64,000 bases of DNA from NCBI GenBank assembly GCA_024654535.1, contig JANLHL010000016.1, positions 160,626 to 224,625 of the forward strand, written 5' to 3'. Origin of the DNA: Candidatus Roizmanbacteria bacterium (GTDB lineage: Bacteria; Patescibacteriota; Microgenomatia; UBA1406). The notes beneath the pieces are model-generated. The model was given only the letters and a program-made list of their open reading frames with translations, searched no databases and was not told where the DNA came from. This document shows positions 9,520 through 18,847 of the stretch, in pieces (the first letter of the stretch is position 1; each line of letters opens with the position of its first letter). The position numbers and the translations under genes are program-made.

Positions 9520-10395
9520 ATGTATTCAACAATTATCCCAGAGTTAGTTTCTATAGATACAAATACCACCAAAATACCAGGGTTTTATTTATCTGAAAAA
9601 CTGCACTTCTATCCTCAGTCTAAGAAAAAAAGTAGATTCCACTATACCATTAAGCAAGATAATTCAATTATCATCCCACAAACATTTGACACGCGCAGCG
9701 GCTATTATTTGAGCCACAATAATAGTTGGTATTACGAACGCCGAACGCCGTTTGGAACGCTAAAGTTTCATTACAACACGGATAAAAAAGAATTTTACTT
9801 TAATAAACTGTACTCATTCATACCCATTGAAATAGGAAATATTTTTCCTGCTGGCCGTCATATTGCCAATCTTATTGGGCTCGAGCTTTTTCTTTCCGGT
9901 TTCATAATTATTCGTGCCTGTGCATTTTCTAAAGATGGCATTACATACCTACTCATCGCACCCGGACTGAATGGAAAGACAAGTATCGTAAATGCTGCTA
10001 TACAAAATAATGGAAACTATGTTGCAGAGGACTTGGCAGTATTTGATTTCTCACACAAGTGCATCTATCCAACATCACCAAAAACAAATTTTGGTAGAAC
10101 TATAAATGACAGCTTATTAAAAACGTTAGATGTAAATCAAACGACTCAAATAAAAAGCAAGGCCAATACAATAATTTTTTATCAAAAAAGTCACACGGAA
10201 GTTGCAAATACAAAAACGTTCCTCGATTATGTATTTATGAATTCACTTTTATTTCTCAGTAATCCATTTATACGCTCCTACATAGCAGAGAATTCTTTGT
10301 CGAATAAGGTACTCAGTAGTATGCAGAAAATTCAAAAAACTGATCTTCAATCAGTGTCTATAAGTAGTAGTATATTTGAATTAAACAATGACTAA
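9520..10395 (+). CDS. Hypothetical P-loop protein, HPr-kinase-C-terminal-like (HprK-related) pattern
   Basis: IRACAFSKDGITYLLIAPGLNGKTSIVNAAIQNNGNYVAEDLAVFD resembles the HprK-related kinase core (H/A-A-S..G..L.G.SG.GKS...A......G..L..DD). Homology not verified. Confidence 0.4.
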   Translation: MYSTIIPELVSIDTNTTKIPGFYLSEKLHFYPQSKKKSRFHYTIKQDNSIIIPQTFDTRSGYYLSHNNSWYYERRTPFGTLKFHYNTDKKEFYFNKLYSFIPIEIGNIFPAGRHIANLIGLELFLSGFIIIRACAFSKDGITYLLIAPGLNGKTSIVNAAIQNNGNYVAEDLAVFDFSHKCIYPTSPKTNFGRTINDSLLKTLDVNQTTQIKSKANTIIFYQKSHTEVANTKTFLDYVFMNSLLFLSNPFIRSYIAENSLSNKVLSSMQKIQKTDLQSVSISSSIFELNND

Positions 10396-11125
10396 ACAAA
10401 CAATCAACGAAAACTACTGGGACAAATATAATAAAGGCTACGGCAAAACGTGGAATGTAAAAACGCGCGCGTTGCTTTCAAAAAAAGAACTCGGATTTAT
10501 ACAAAAATATATTCCTGATTTACAACGTGCAACCATTCTAGATGTTGGGGTAGGTACCGGAAGAATTCTGAACTTCCTAATAAATAAATCAAAAAAAGAT
10601 GCATCCATATACGGCATTGATGTATCACAAAAAATGGTTGACTATTGCAAAACTATATTTGGGAAACAAAAAAAAATAAAAGAGATCAAACGCATTTCTC
10701 TCTCGAAGAAAAAAGGCTACATATTCAACGGAGTGAAATTCAGTCTTATCTCCGCAATCAGAGTATTGAAATATAATGCAGACTGGAAACAGTACATACA
10801 TACATTTAAAAATAATCTTGATAGAAATGGAGTTATGATTTTTACCATGCCAAATCGCGAGTCTCTCAATAAATTTGCACACTACACAATCCCATTTTAT
10901 AAATCAGATTATAAAGAAATACAGTCGGTTCTCGATACGAATAATTTAGAACTACTCGATATACAAACGTTTACACGGATACCCGATATTTTTTATGAAC
11001 TACCGCATCTGAAAAACACAAATTGGTATGCAACGCTTATAAATAGCACTGAGAGACTACTCAAGAGTATATTTGGCGCTCATAGATTCGGACGAATATT
11101 ATTTATCGCAGCCAGAAGAAAATGA
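10388..11125 (+). CDS. Class I SAM-dependent methyltransferase
   Basis: Motif I ILDVGVGTGRIL and overall Methyltransf_11/23-like layout. Confidence 0.8.
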   Translation: MTKQTINENYWDKYNKGYGKTWNVKTRALLSKKELGFIQKYIPDLQRATILDVGVGTGRILNFLINKSKKDASIYGIDVSQKMVDYCKTIFGKQKKIKEIKRISLSKKKGYIFNGVKFSLISAIRVLKYNADWKQYIHTFKNNLDRNGVMIFTMPNRESLNKFAHYTIPFYKSDYKEIQSVLDTNNLELLDIQTFTRIPDIFYELPHLKNTNWYATLINSTERLLKSIFGAHRFGRILFIAARRK

Positions 11126-12126
11126 AAATACATATTTCAATAATCATACCGGTTCGCGAAATAAATGATTATGTTACAAATGAAAATTTGCCTGCATTTG
11201 TACATCAAACGTACAAGAATTTCGAAGTTATAGTACTACCAAACGAATTGAGAAAAGAAGACAAAGCCCTTCTTACGAAGTATCCATTTTTGCGCATCAT
11301 CCCAACCGGTAACATAACGCGCCCTGCACTAAAAAGAGATATTGGGGCAAAGCACGCAAACGGAACTATTTTGGCCTTTATCGATGACGACGCTTATCCG
11401 AAAAGCGACTGGCTCAAACATGCTGAAACATTATTTACTAAAAAAGATGTTTCATGTGTTTGTGGGCCAGGGGTATTGCCAAAAAATACAAACATATGGG
11501 AAAAAGTATTTGATGAAATTCTTGTGAGCCCAGTAGGGAGTGGGGGATACGGGTATCGCTTTACCCCAAAAGAGACACGCTTTGTCGATGATTACCCTTC
11601 GATGAATTTTCTCATAACCAAAAAATTATTTACCCGTATCGGCGGATTTAATAATAATTTTTGGCCAGGAGAAGATAGTAAACTCTGTAACGATATTGTC
11701 TATAAAGAACACGAAAAAATTCTCTACTCTCCCAACGTTATCATCTATCACCACCGCAGAAATAGCCTCGTACCGTACTTACGCCAGCATATGCAATATG
11801 GATATCATAGAGGTGCGTTCATTGCTGTTGGCGATAAAAATTCACTTAAGATTAATTACTTTTTGCCACTATTTTTTCTATTATACTGCCTTTCTTTACT
11901 CGTACTTTTACCCTTTTTTACCCCACTATATTTTGCGCCACTTATTGCATATCTATTGTTAAGTGTTGTAATAGCAGTGCGTGCATTTTTAAAATACAAA
12001 AATATTTTTTATATAGTAGCTATTCCGAGTGTCTTATTTCTTACTCACATGCTTTACGGTATGTCTTTTCTGAAAGGTTTAGTTGTAGGTTTTATAAAAA
12101 GGGATAAAATATATGGGAATGAATAA
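11122..12126 (+). CDS. GT2 glycosyltransferase with C-terminal TM region
   Basis: ISIIIPVREINDYV, FIDDDAYP and WPGEDSKL motifs. ATGA overlap with the upstream gene. Confidence 0.8.
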   Translation: MKIHISIIIPVREINDYVTNENLPAFVHQTYKNFEVIVLPNELRKEDKALLTKYPFLRIIPTGNITRPALKRDIGAKHANGTILAFIDDDAYPKSDWLKHAETLFTKKDVSCVCGPGVLPKNTNIWEKVFDEILVSPVGSGGYGYRFTPKETRFVDDYPSMNFLITKKLFTRIGGFNNNFWPGEDSKLCNDIVYKEHEKILYSPNVIIYHHRRNSLVPYLRQHMQYGYHRGAFIAVGDKNSLKINYFLPLFFLLYCLSLLVLLPFFTPLYFAPLIAYLLLSVVIAVRAFLKYKNIFYIVAIPSVLFLTHMLYGMSFLKGLVVGFIKRDKIYGNE

Positions 12127-12200
12127 TATCCAATATCAAATATCCAATATCCAATAAAGTTCAAATGTCAAATGTCAAAATCAGATACTTGTCATTTGCA
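12125..12200 (-). repeat. Heptamer array, reverse orientation (TATCCAA/TGTCAAA words)
   Basis: aatatccaatatcaaatatccaatatccaataaagttcaaatgtcaaatgtcaaaatcag is the reverse complement of the vocabulary at 5208-5330. Confidence 0.9.
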
Positions 12201-12214
12201 TATAGGCTATAAGT

Positions 12215-12478
12215 TTGATTGAATATACGCTCATGGATAAAGCAACACTATATAAAAAGGGTGACATGGAGATTCGGGTACTGAGAAGCACCTGTATCGG
12301 AGCAGCAACATGTGTGGTGTACGCACCCAGCACGTTTGATCTTGATGATGACAGCATAGCGATAGTTAAAAATGGGCAGTGGGATAGCTTAGAAAAGATT
12401 ATTGCAGCTGCGCAGTCGTGCCCCGTTGTCGCAATCGAGGTATATGTGAAGGGTAAAAAAGTGTACCCCAAAGGGTAA
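12215..12478 (+). CDS. Small single-cluster ferredoxin
   Basis: MEIRVLRSTCIGAATCVVYAPSTFDLDDD...AAAQSCPVVAIEV: C-x2-A-x2-C ... C-P pattern of mono-cluster 3Fe/4Fe ferredoxins. Real start uncertain (TTG 12215, ATG 12233 or ATG 12266). Confidence 0.7.
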   Translation: MIEYTLMDKATLYKKGDMEIRVLRSTCIGAATCVVYAPSTFDLDDDSIAIVKNGQWDSLEKIIAAAQSCPVVAIEVYVKGKKVYPKG

Positions 12479-12573
12479 TATCCAAGTTCAAATATCCAAC
12501 TCGCCTGCCGGCGAGGCAGGTAAATGTCAAAGTTCAAATGTCCAGTTCTGATATTTGATATTGGGTATTGGAT
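12477..12573. repeat. Compact palindromic heptamer element (reverse words - GC hairpin - reverse words - forward words)
   Basis: aatatccaagttcaaatatccaa | ctcgcctgccggcgaggcagg (12500-12520) | taaatgtcaaagttcaaatgtccag | ttctgatatttgatattgggtattggat. The GC core CGCCTGCC...GGCGAGGCAGGTAAA is shared with 37175-37220 and 44464-44529. Confidence 0.85.
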
Positions 12574-12576
12574 CTT

Positions 12577-12604
12577 CCTTTATTGCAGACTGCTGCAATA
12601 AAGG
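12577..12604 (+). promoter_or_regulatory. Perfect 12-bp hairpin (cctttattgcag-actg-ctgcaataaagg)
   Basis: 12577-12588 pairs perfectly with 12593-12604 around a 4-nt loop. The 3' arm overlaps AAGGAG (12601-12606). No U-tract follows. It sits between the ferredoxin and the promoter of the radical SAM gene. Confidence 0.6.
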
Positions 12605-12607
12605 AGA

Positions 12608-12636
12608 TTGACACTTCACCCTCCATTTGCCATACT
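12608..12636 (+). promoter_or_regulatory. Sigma70-like promoter TTGACA-17-CATACT for radical SAM gene
   Basis: TTGACA 12608-12613, 17-nt spacer, CATACT 12631-12636, then 6 nt to GTG 12643. In-frame TAA at 12637-12639 excludes an earlier start. Confidence 0.55.
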
Positions 12637-12642
12637 TAACCC

Positions 12643-14331
12643 GTGACTAAAACAAAGAAAAAGACTGTCAAAAATCCAAAAACTGCCACTATCGTTGTTG
12701 GCTACTTGCCAATAGAATCCAAAAAGGGGACACCTCTTTTGTCACAAAACAGGCAGTTTCAATATTTTAATGCTGCTACTTATATTTACCCCATGGTACC
12801 CGCATATGCAGCTTCAAATTTGCAATTTCATGGCTACAAAACGTACTGGATGGACGGCATTGCTGAGCAAAAAAAATATGAACAATGGATGGAAGAATTT
12901 GCCAAAACAAAAGCAGACTATTTACTCGTAGAAACAAAGTCTCCCGTTATAAAAACACACTGGAAACAAATTAATGATCTAAAAAAACGTTTTCCAAAAG
13001 TAAAACTTATTTGGGTAGGTGACCACGTAACTGCGTTTCCGGTTGAAACATTTGAAAATAGCAACATTGACTACATAATTACTGGTGGCGACTACGACTT
13101 TATGGTGGTCAATTTACTCAACCACATTCATAAAGGCGAAGAACTAGAGGGTGGCGTGTACTTTAGAAAAGGGGACTCACTCATAAACGCAAAACCAAAA
13201 ACTACCCACACGTTAAAAAATAAAAAAGTAGTCTATTCTACCGGCGCCTCATCGTTGAAACACAATTTAGACTCCCTCCCATTTGTCGATCGCGACCTTA
13301 CCAAATGGCAGCTCTACGCATATGAAAACGGCAATTACAAATACACGCCGGGCACGTACATGTACAGTGGGCGCGACTGTTGGTGGAATCGCTGCACTTT
13401 TTGTGTGTGGGATCACACGATAAACCCTATTGGATCCTATCGAAGCTTCACACCAGAGAGGCTTTTCGCAGAAGTAAAACACGTCGTAGATAACTATGGC
13501 ATCAAAGAAATATTTGACGATGCAGGCACCATGTTTATTGGGCCAAAGTTAAAGAAATTTTGCCAGCTCCTCATAGATAGTGGCTACAATAAAAAAGTAC
13601 GCTATGGCTGCAATATGCGTTTCAATGCTATAAACCAAGAATACTACGACCTTATGGGCAAAGCAGGTTTTCGCTTCATTCTGTACGGTATGGAGTCGGG
13701 GAATCAAAAAACGCTTGATAGGCTCGATAAAGGCACCAAAGAAGCAGACGCTATAAATGGCCCACGTATGGCCAGAAACGCCGGACTTGACCCACATATC
13801 ACCATTATGCTTGGGTACCCTTGGGAGAGCTATGAAGACGCCAGGCGCACGATAGAAATAGCAAAGTACGCTTTTAAAAAAGGCTACTATGAAACCATGC
13901 AGGCAACTATAGTGATACCATACCCTGCAACCCCACTCTGGAAACAGTGCAAAGACAACGGTTGGCTCTTGACCGAAGATTACGATAAATACGACATGCG
14001 CGAGCCTGTCATGAAAACGCCGTTTCCAAAAGAAAAAATCTTAGAGCTAGAACAAGACTTATATTCGGCATTTATGACCCCACAGTACATCACCCGCAAG
14101 ATCCTAGGAATACGAAGTGTGCACGACTTTATGTATTTGTTTTATATGGGTAAAAAACTTATGGGTCATTTATTGGACTTCGACCCAAACCAAACAAAGG
14201 TAAACTATTTTTCATACGGCTTTATAAAGAATGCAAGCGGTAAGCTATTTGGCCACTTCTTTAAATCAAAAACCTCGGTAGATGCAGAGAAAGACGCCAT
14301 AAAACTAGTCGATAGCGCAGTAAACTTGTAG
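12643..14331 (+). CDS. B12-binding-domain radical SAM protein (class B rSAM-like)
   Basis: N-terminal Rossmann-like B12-binding-type region (ADYLLVETKSPVIKTHW...KLIWVGDHVTAFPVETFENSNIDYIITGGDYDF). Cys cluster GRDCWWNRCTFC. Later rSAM motifs IFDDAGT and GMESGNQKTLDRLDKG. Confidence 0.75.
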   Translation: MTKTKKKTVKNPKTATIVVGYLPIESKKGTPLLSQNRQFQYFNAATYIYPMVPAYAASNLQFHGYKTYWMDGIAEQKKYEQWMEEFAKTKADYLLVETKSPVIKTHWKQINDLKKRFPKVKLIWVGDHVTAFPVETFENSNIDYIITGGDYDFMVVNLLNHIHKGEELEGGVYFRKGDSLINAKPKTTHTLKNKKVVYSTGASSLKHNLDSLPFVDRDLTKWQLYAYENGNYKYTPGTYMYSGRDCWWNRCTFCVWDHTINPIGSYRSFTPERLFAEVKHVVDNYGIKEIFDDAGTMFIGPKLKKFCQLLIDSGYNKKVRYGCNMRFNAINQEYYDLMGKAGFRFILYGMESGNQKTLDRLDKGTKEADAINGPRMARNAGLDPHITIMLGYPWESYEDARRTIEIAKYAFKKGYYETMQATIVIPYPATPLWKQCKDNGWLLTEDYDKYDMREPVMKTPFPKEKILELEQDLYSAFMTPQYITRKILGIRSVHDFMYLFYMGKKLMGHLLDFDPNQTKVNYFSYGFIKNASGKLFGHFFKSKTSVDAEKDAIKLVDSAVNL

Positions 14332-14334
14332 TAC

Positions 14335-15237
14335 TTACTTCTCAAAACCATAGTGATCGCGCCTATGATTAGTTACATCTATTGGATACACATATGTATC
14401 CGAAGATTTGTTATCTCGTACATATATAGCAGCTCCGTTATGATCTAATTCAACCGCAGTAAATGCATCTATGTCAAAATCTAGAGAGAAGGTCTTCACT
14501 ACACTAAATACTGCTTTACGTTCCAATGGATGTACGACTGGAAGATACACTAGTCTACCTGTTCCCTTATCTTGAATGAGGAACGAGGTTGCATGCCTCG
14601 GCCTGTCATGTTGATCTAGATGCGTAGGTGCATCAGTATCTTCAAAATAGTCAGATGTGCCACTTATTGCTTTTATACCTTGCGAGTTTGAGAGAGCGTG
14701 CCATTTTTCTGCATCATTTACCAAACGTACGACACCATTTTTATAAACAACAATTGCGCCTCTTCTTTGACCAAGAGGGTCAGTTTCCATGAATGGATTT
14801 AATACATCTCCTTCATACGTAAACCCATTATTTGGAACTCGATCATCATGTGCATGCTCTCTGTGCGTTGGGCCGAAGAAACTTGAAACAATTCCTTTAT
14901 TATATCCCATATATTCTTTAGTACTTATCGAACTAGAAGTTAAGCCAATGTTAAATTTCCAAGATTCTGGAAACATAAAAAAACGAAAATTGATTTTATA
15001 AGTCGAGATCTTGGCAAGTGCAGAGGGCATTCTATATAAAGCTACCGTTAAGGATTCATGACCTAAGAAATTATCTTGAACATACGGACCAGTAAGCTCA
15101 GGAACCTCTACCGAGGGAGTAACTATTAGTTTGGCAATTTGCTCTGCTCCACGCCGTAAAGTAGCAGGGTCAAAATTACCATCCAAAATGTGACGAATTA
15201 TTCTTGGACCTAACGCGGAACTATTGTCTACTCCCAT
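14335..15237 (-). CDS. Hypothetical protein (weak phosphodiester-glycosidase/NAGPA-like pattern)
   Basis: 300-aa ORF convergent with the rSAM gene, 3 nt apart. RHATSFLIQDKGTGRLVYLPVV and AVELDHNGAAIYV faintly resemble NAGPA-family motifs. TATAAT (rc 15243-15248) 5 nt before ATG. Confidence 0.55.
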   Translation of the reverse strand: MGVDNSSALGPRIIRHILDGNFDPATLRRGAEQIAKLIVTPSVEVPELTGPYVQDNFLGHESLTVALYRMPSALAKISTYKINFRFFMFPESWKFNIGLTSSSISTKEYMGYNKGIVSSFFGPTHREHAHDDRVPNNGFTYEGDVLNPFMETDPLGQRRGAIVVYKNGVVRLVNDAEKWHALSNSQGIKAISGTSDYFEDTDAPTHLDQHDRPRHATSFLIQDKGTGRLVYLPVVHPLERKAVFSVVKTFSLDFDIDAFTAVELDHNGAAIYVRDNKSSDTYVYPIDVTNHRRDHYGFEK

Positions 15238-15390
15238 GTAGTATTATACAAAATAATGACAAATAAATATATTATAGGGTATTATAAGATATCATTTCCC
15301 TCCACAAATGCATTTTTTATATATTCTCATTGTATTATTGCACGCAAACTCGATTGTAACGAAGTGAAGTACATGATAAGCTGAAAAAAG

Positions 15391-16896
15391 ATGCAAAATA
15401 AGTATAAAAGCCTGATTGTATACGCACTCTTAACCGGTATAGTCATTGCCGGATTCATCTTTCGCCTTCAGGGTATTATTGACAACCATTCATTTTGGTC
15501 AGATGAAGCATATGTTGCAACATTAGGTAGAGACATTGTTACAAGCAAAAGGTCTATTCCAGAAGCTATCAAATTACTAAATTATCAACCTCTACACGTG
15601 CTTACAACAGCACTATCTATGAAACTATTCGGATTTAATGAATTTTCAGCACGACTCCCAGTTGTTTTATTTGGAACGCTTGGTATTATTGCAGCATTTT
15701 TATTGGCAAAAAAATTATCCAATGCTTATGGGGGACTATTAGCAGCATTTTTATACGCAATTTCTCAATTGAACTTAGCAAATAGTACTCAAGCGAAACC
15801 AAACACAGCAATTCAGACTATATTCATATTTAATATTTATTTGCTATCGCTTTTGTATGAAAATAAAAAAAATGTATATTTACATACCATCATAATTGCA
15901 CTCTCTTGTATTGCTACTCTGTTTCATTTTATAGGTATTTTAGTATTTATCCCATATTTTATATTTATAATTACAAATATAAATTACAAAAATATTTTTG
16001 TAGACTCAAAAAAAATTATATATTTCTTACTATTTTCCGTATTTTTTATGCTTGTTTTTTTCTTATCTTCAGGAAAAAGTAGGTTTGAAAATCTTTTTAA
16101 TCCAACAAATATCAAGGACTCCGTCTTTTTGCACAATATATCTTTACTAAGAGAACTTTTGTGGAAAAATTATTCATTTATTACTTTGCCAGCACTATTT
16201 GGATTAATACTTTCGTATAAAAGAAAGAGGGTACTAACTGCAACCATTATCACTTATGTCGTGATACTAATATTTTTTTGGGTGTTCTACGCGTTCGGAA
16301 ATATACGCTATGTCTTGCCCATAATAGCTCTTATGTTTATGTATTTCGCTGTATTTTGGAGTTATATTGGCGAAAAAATTTTGATGAATAAAAGTTGGGC
16401 AGTATGCTTACTGGTCGCAATTGCTATATATTTGGGAGGCAATAAGATAGTACGGATTCCGCAGAACTACTACAGTCCAAATGAAGATCTTTATGGAGAC
16501 GTTCAGTTTGCCGATTACAAAAACACATATAAATATATAGGGTATAAATATCCAAATCTTTCTAAAGTTGCAATATTTAATGACTGGCATGAAGCTCAGT
16601 ATTGGTACTTACCTAACAAGCTTCCAAATGCGTACTTTATTAAAAACGAGAAAAATAACTCAGAACACTGGATAGATAAACAGCCTGTCTATAATACATT
16701 GAGTCACTTTTTGAATGCGATGTCAAAATATGATAGTGGCATTCTTATTGTTGAAGATTGGGATAGTTTACTACCAAATGATATAAAAAACTATGCAAAA
16801 TCAAATCTCAAACTAGAATTTAGATCTAGCGCAATATCACAGGCTGTAAATGATCCTTGGCCAGTAGAAATATATAGTTGGCATTCAGAGAAATAA
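15391..16896 (+). CDS. GT-C membrane glycosyltransferase (ArnT/PMT, GT39-like)
   Basis: Polytopic. First-loop motif HSFWSDEAYVATLGRDI (DE). Very AT-rich coding. Confidence 0.7.
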   Translation: MQNKYKSLIVYALLTGIVIAGFIFRLQGIIDNHSFWSDEAYVATLGRDIVTSKRSIPEAIKLLNYQPLHVLTTALSMKLFGFNEFSARLPVVLFGTLGIIAAFLLAKKLSNAYGGLLAAFLYAISQLNLANSTQAKPNTAIQTIFIFNIYLLSLLYENKKNVYLHTIIIALSCIATLFHFIGILVFIPYFIFIITNINYKNIFVDSKKIIYFLLFSVFFMLVFFLSSGKSRFENLFNPTNIKDSVFLHNISLLRELLWKNYSFITLPALFGLILSYKRKRVLTATIITYVVILIFFWVFYAFGNIRYVLPIIALMFMYFAVFWSYIGEKILMNKSWAVCLLVAIAIYLGGNKIVRIPQNYYSPNEDLYGDVQFADYKNTYKYIGYKYPNLSKVAIFNDWHEAQYWYLPNKLPNAYFIKNEKNNSEHWIDKQPVYNTLSHFLNAMSKYDSGILIVEDWDSLLPNDIKNYAKSNLKLEFRSSAISQAVNDPWPVEIYSWHSEK

Positions 16897-16980
16897 GTTG
16901 GAAAGAATGAAAAACGCAAATAATATATAATTATATTCCATTAATATCTATCAGTATTTATTTTATACACACAATACAAA

Positions 16981-17706
16981 ATGAGCATCAAAGCATATGC
17001 TTCTCATCTATTCAGACAGTGGGCAAAGGACGATCTAGAATGTGTATACAGCTATCTAGAACCAAATAAAAATATTAAACTACTAGATCTTGGTTGCGCG
17101 GAGGGTACACTTACAAAAAAATTTGCTGACTATTGCAATGCGGAAGAAGTAGTTGGTATTGATGGTGTGAAAAGTAGAAATTTAAAAGGAATAAATATAA
17201 TACAGGCCAACCTGAATGATGAATTTCCTTTACCCAAAAACCATTTTGATGTAGTAATAAGTCATTATAGTTTCGAACACTTATATAACCCTGGATTGTT
17301 TATAAGTGAAATATATCGTGTGTTAAAAAAGGGTGGATATTGTATTATTGCTACTGATAATCTTTCATGCTGGCCAAACATACTTGCTCTAATTATGGGT
17401 TGGCAACCTTTTTCAACCACAGACGGTGTAGGATCAAATGCAATTGGCAATCCTTTCGCAATACACACACGCAGACATAAAGGGGAAAAAGCATTTGAAA
17501 AAAAATATCTAAAACAAGGGATTTTCGAACACAACAAAGTAATGGCTTACCAAATGTTAATAGATTCCTTTACCTATTTTCATTTTAATATCGAACGCAT
17601 AAAAGGCGTTGGCTATTTCCCACTTTATGGTTATTTTGCAAAACTAATGAACAAAATTGACATTCGGCATAGCCATTTCCTTATTATAAAGGCAAGAAAA
17701 ACTTGA
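16981..17706 (+). CDS. Class I SAM-dependent methyltransferase
   Basis: Motif I LLDLGCAEGTLT and post-I/II motifs (VVISHYSFEHL, LKKGGYCII). Confidence 0.8.
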   Translation: MSIKAYASHLFRQWAKDDLECVYSYLEPNKNIKLLDLGCAEGTLTKKFADYCNAEEVVGIDGVKSRNLKGINIIQANLNDEFPLPKNHFDVVISHYSFEHLYNPGLFISEIYRVLKKGGYCIIATDNLSCWPNILALIMGWQPFSTTDGVGSNAIGNPFAIHTRRHKGEKAFEKKYLKQGIFEHNKVMAYQMLIDSFTYFHFNIERIKGVGYFPLYGYFAKLMNKIDIRHSHFLIIKARKT

Positions 17707-17783
17707 ATAACAAGCAGATTAAATAGAAAAAACTCAGTTAAGTTTACAGTAATTATTTCGTAGGTTGCTGATCGATAAAGTTA

Positions 17784-18806
17784 CTATTTGCTAGCAAATA
17801 TGCTCTTTATATTTTTAGTAAAAATACTAATACCATACCCTACTAAAAAAATCCAGCACATAAACGGATGTAAAAACCATGCTATATCTTTCACTTTGCG
17901 ATAACCTTTAATACTTAAAAATATAGGTTGAATAAACGTTATCGTATAAAACACGAACAGTATTAAACTAATTTTATCTACACTAGAAGTTGTGTCAAAG
18001 ACTAGATAACGCCTTTCATTTTTTCTAGTCTCATAATGTAAATTCATATATCTAATCCTCTTAATGATCGTCTCTGCGAAATTAGAGGCTGTTGAATGAA
18101 ATACAGAATTTTTGACGATCGCGTACTTATCAAAGCCCTGCCGTACCATGTCCTGAACAACATCTATGTGAAAAAATGAATTTTCATCTTTCGCGTATTG
18201 TTTATATGTACTTGCTCTAAAAATCACTCCATTGCAACCCATTGTGGGTATAGTCCTATTAAATTCTACTTCAAAATAGTTTCCCATATCCTTGAATTGA
18301 TTATTAAAAATCCATTTATTTTCATAATGCGGTATCCTGTCGGCTTTATGTAAATAAAAAGCAACTGGATCATTAAAACCAAAAAGCCCAAAGTATCGAT
18401 TTAAAATCGTCGTTTTCTTCTCGTAACTGTAATGCAGGGTTTGAGACCCCGCCAGTCGAGTATCTGATTCTAATGGTTCAATCATATTTTTCAACCAGTT
18501 TTTGTCAGTAAGAAAGACGTCTGGATCAATAGAACAAATATATTTACCTCTTGCATTCTGAATACCTATAGCTCTTTTAGGCTCCTGATCTTTAATTTTA
18601 GTTTTAATAATACGAAAACACGGAATCTTCCTTCTATATTTTTCAATAATTTGAAATGTGTAATCACTACTTCCACCATCAACAAATACTATCTCCATAC
18701 TGTTAGTGGGATAATTTTGTTTCGAAATATAACTAAGACACTCATCTAGTTTCCCTGCACTGTTCCATGTAATAATGACTATAGAAAGCCGTTTTTTGTT
18801 TCGCAT
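17784..18806 (-). CDS. GT2 glycosyltransferase
   Basis: LSIVIITWNSAGKLDECL, FVDGGSSDYT and SIDPDVF motifs. TATAAT (rc 18814-18819) 7 nt before ATG. Confidence 0.85.
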   Translation of the reverse strand: MRNKKRLSIVIITWNSAGKLDECLSYISKQNYPTNSMEIVFVDGGSSDYTFQIIEKYRRKIPCFRIIKTKIKDQEPKRAIGIQNARGKYICSIDPDVFLTDKNWLKNMIEPLESDTRLAGSQTLHYSYEKKTTILNRYFGLFGFNDPVAFYLHKADRIPHYENKWIFNNQFKDMGNYFEVEFNRTIPTMGCNGVIFRASTYKQYAKDENSFFHIDVVQDMVRQGFDKYAIVKNSVFHSTASNFAETIIKRIRYMNLHYETRKNERRYLVFDTTSSVDKISLILFVFYTITFIQPIFLSIKGYRKVKDIAWFLHPFMCWIFLVGYGISIFTKNIKSIFASK

Positions 18807-18847
18807 AATAAGTATTATACTGGGTACGTATTTAAAATTGGTACAAT

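Noticed and set aside
12125-12573. Heptamer arrays (TATCCAA words) as DnaA-box clusters or oriC
   Set aside because: The match to TTATCCACA is only partial. The arrays occur at ten or more loci in 64 kb, and no dnaA/dnaN or DUE-like context is visible.
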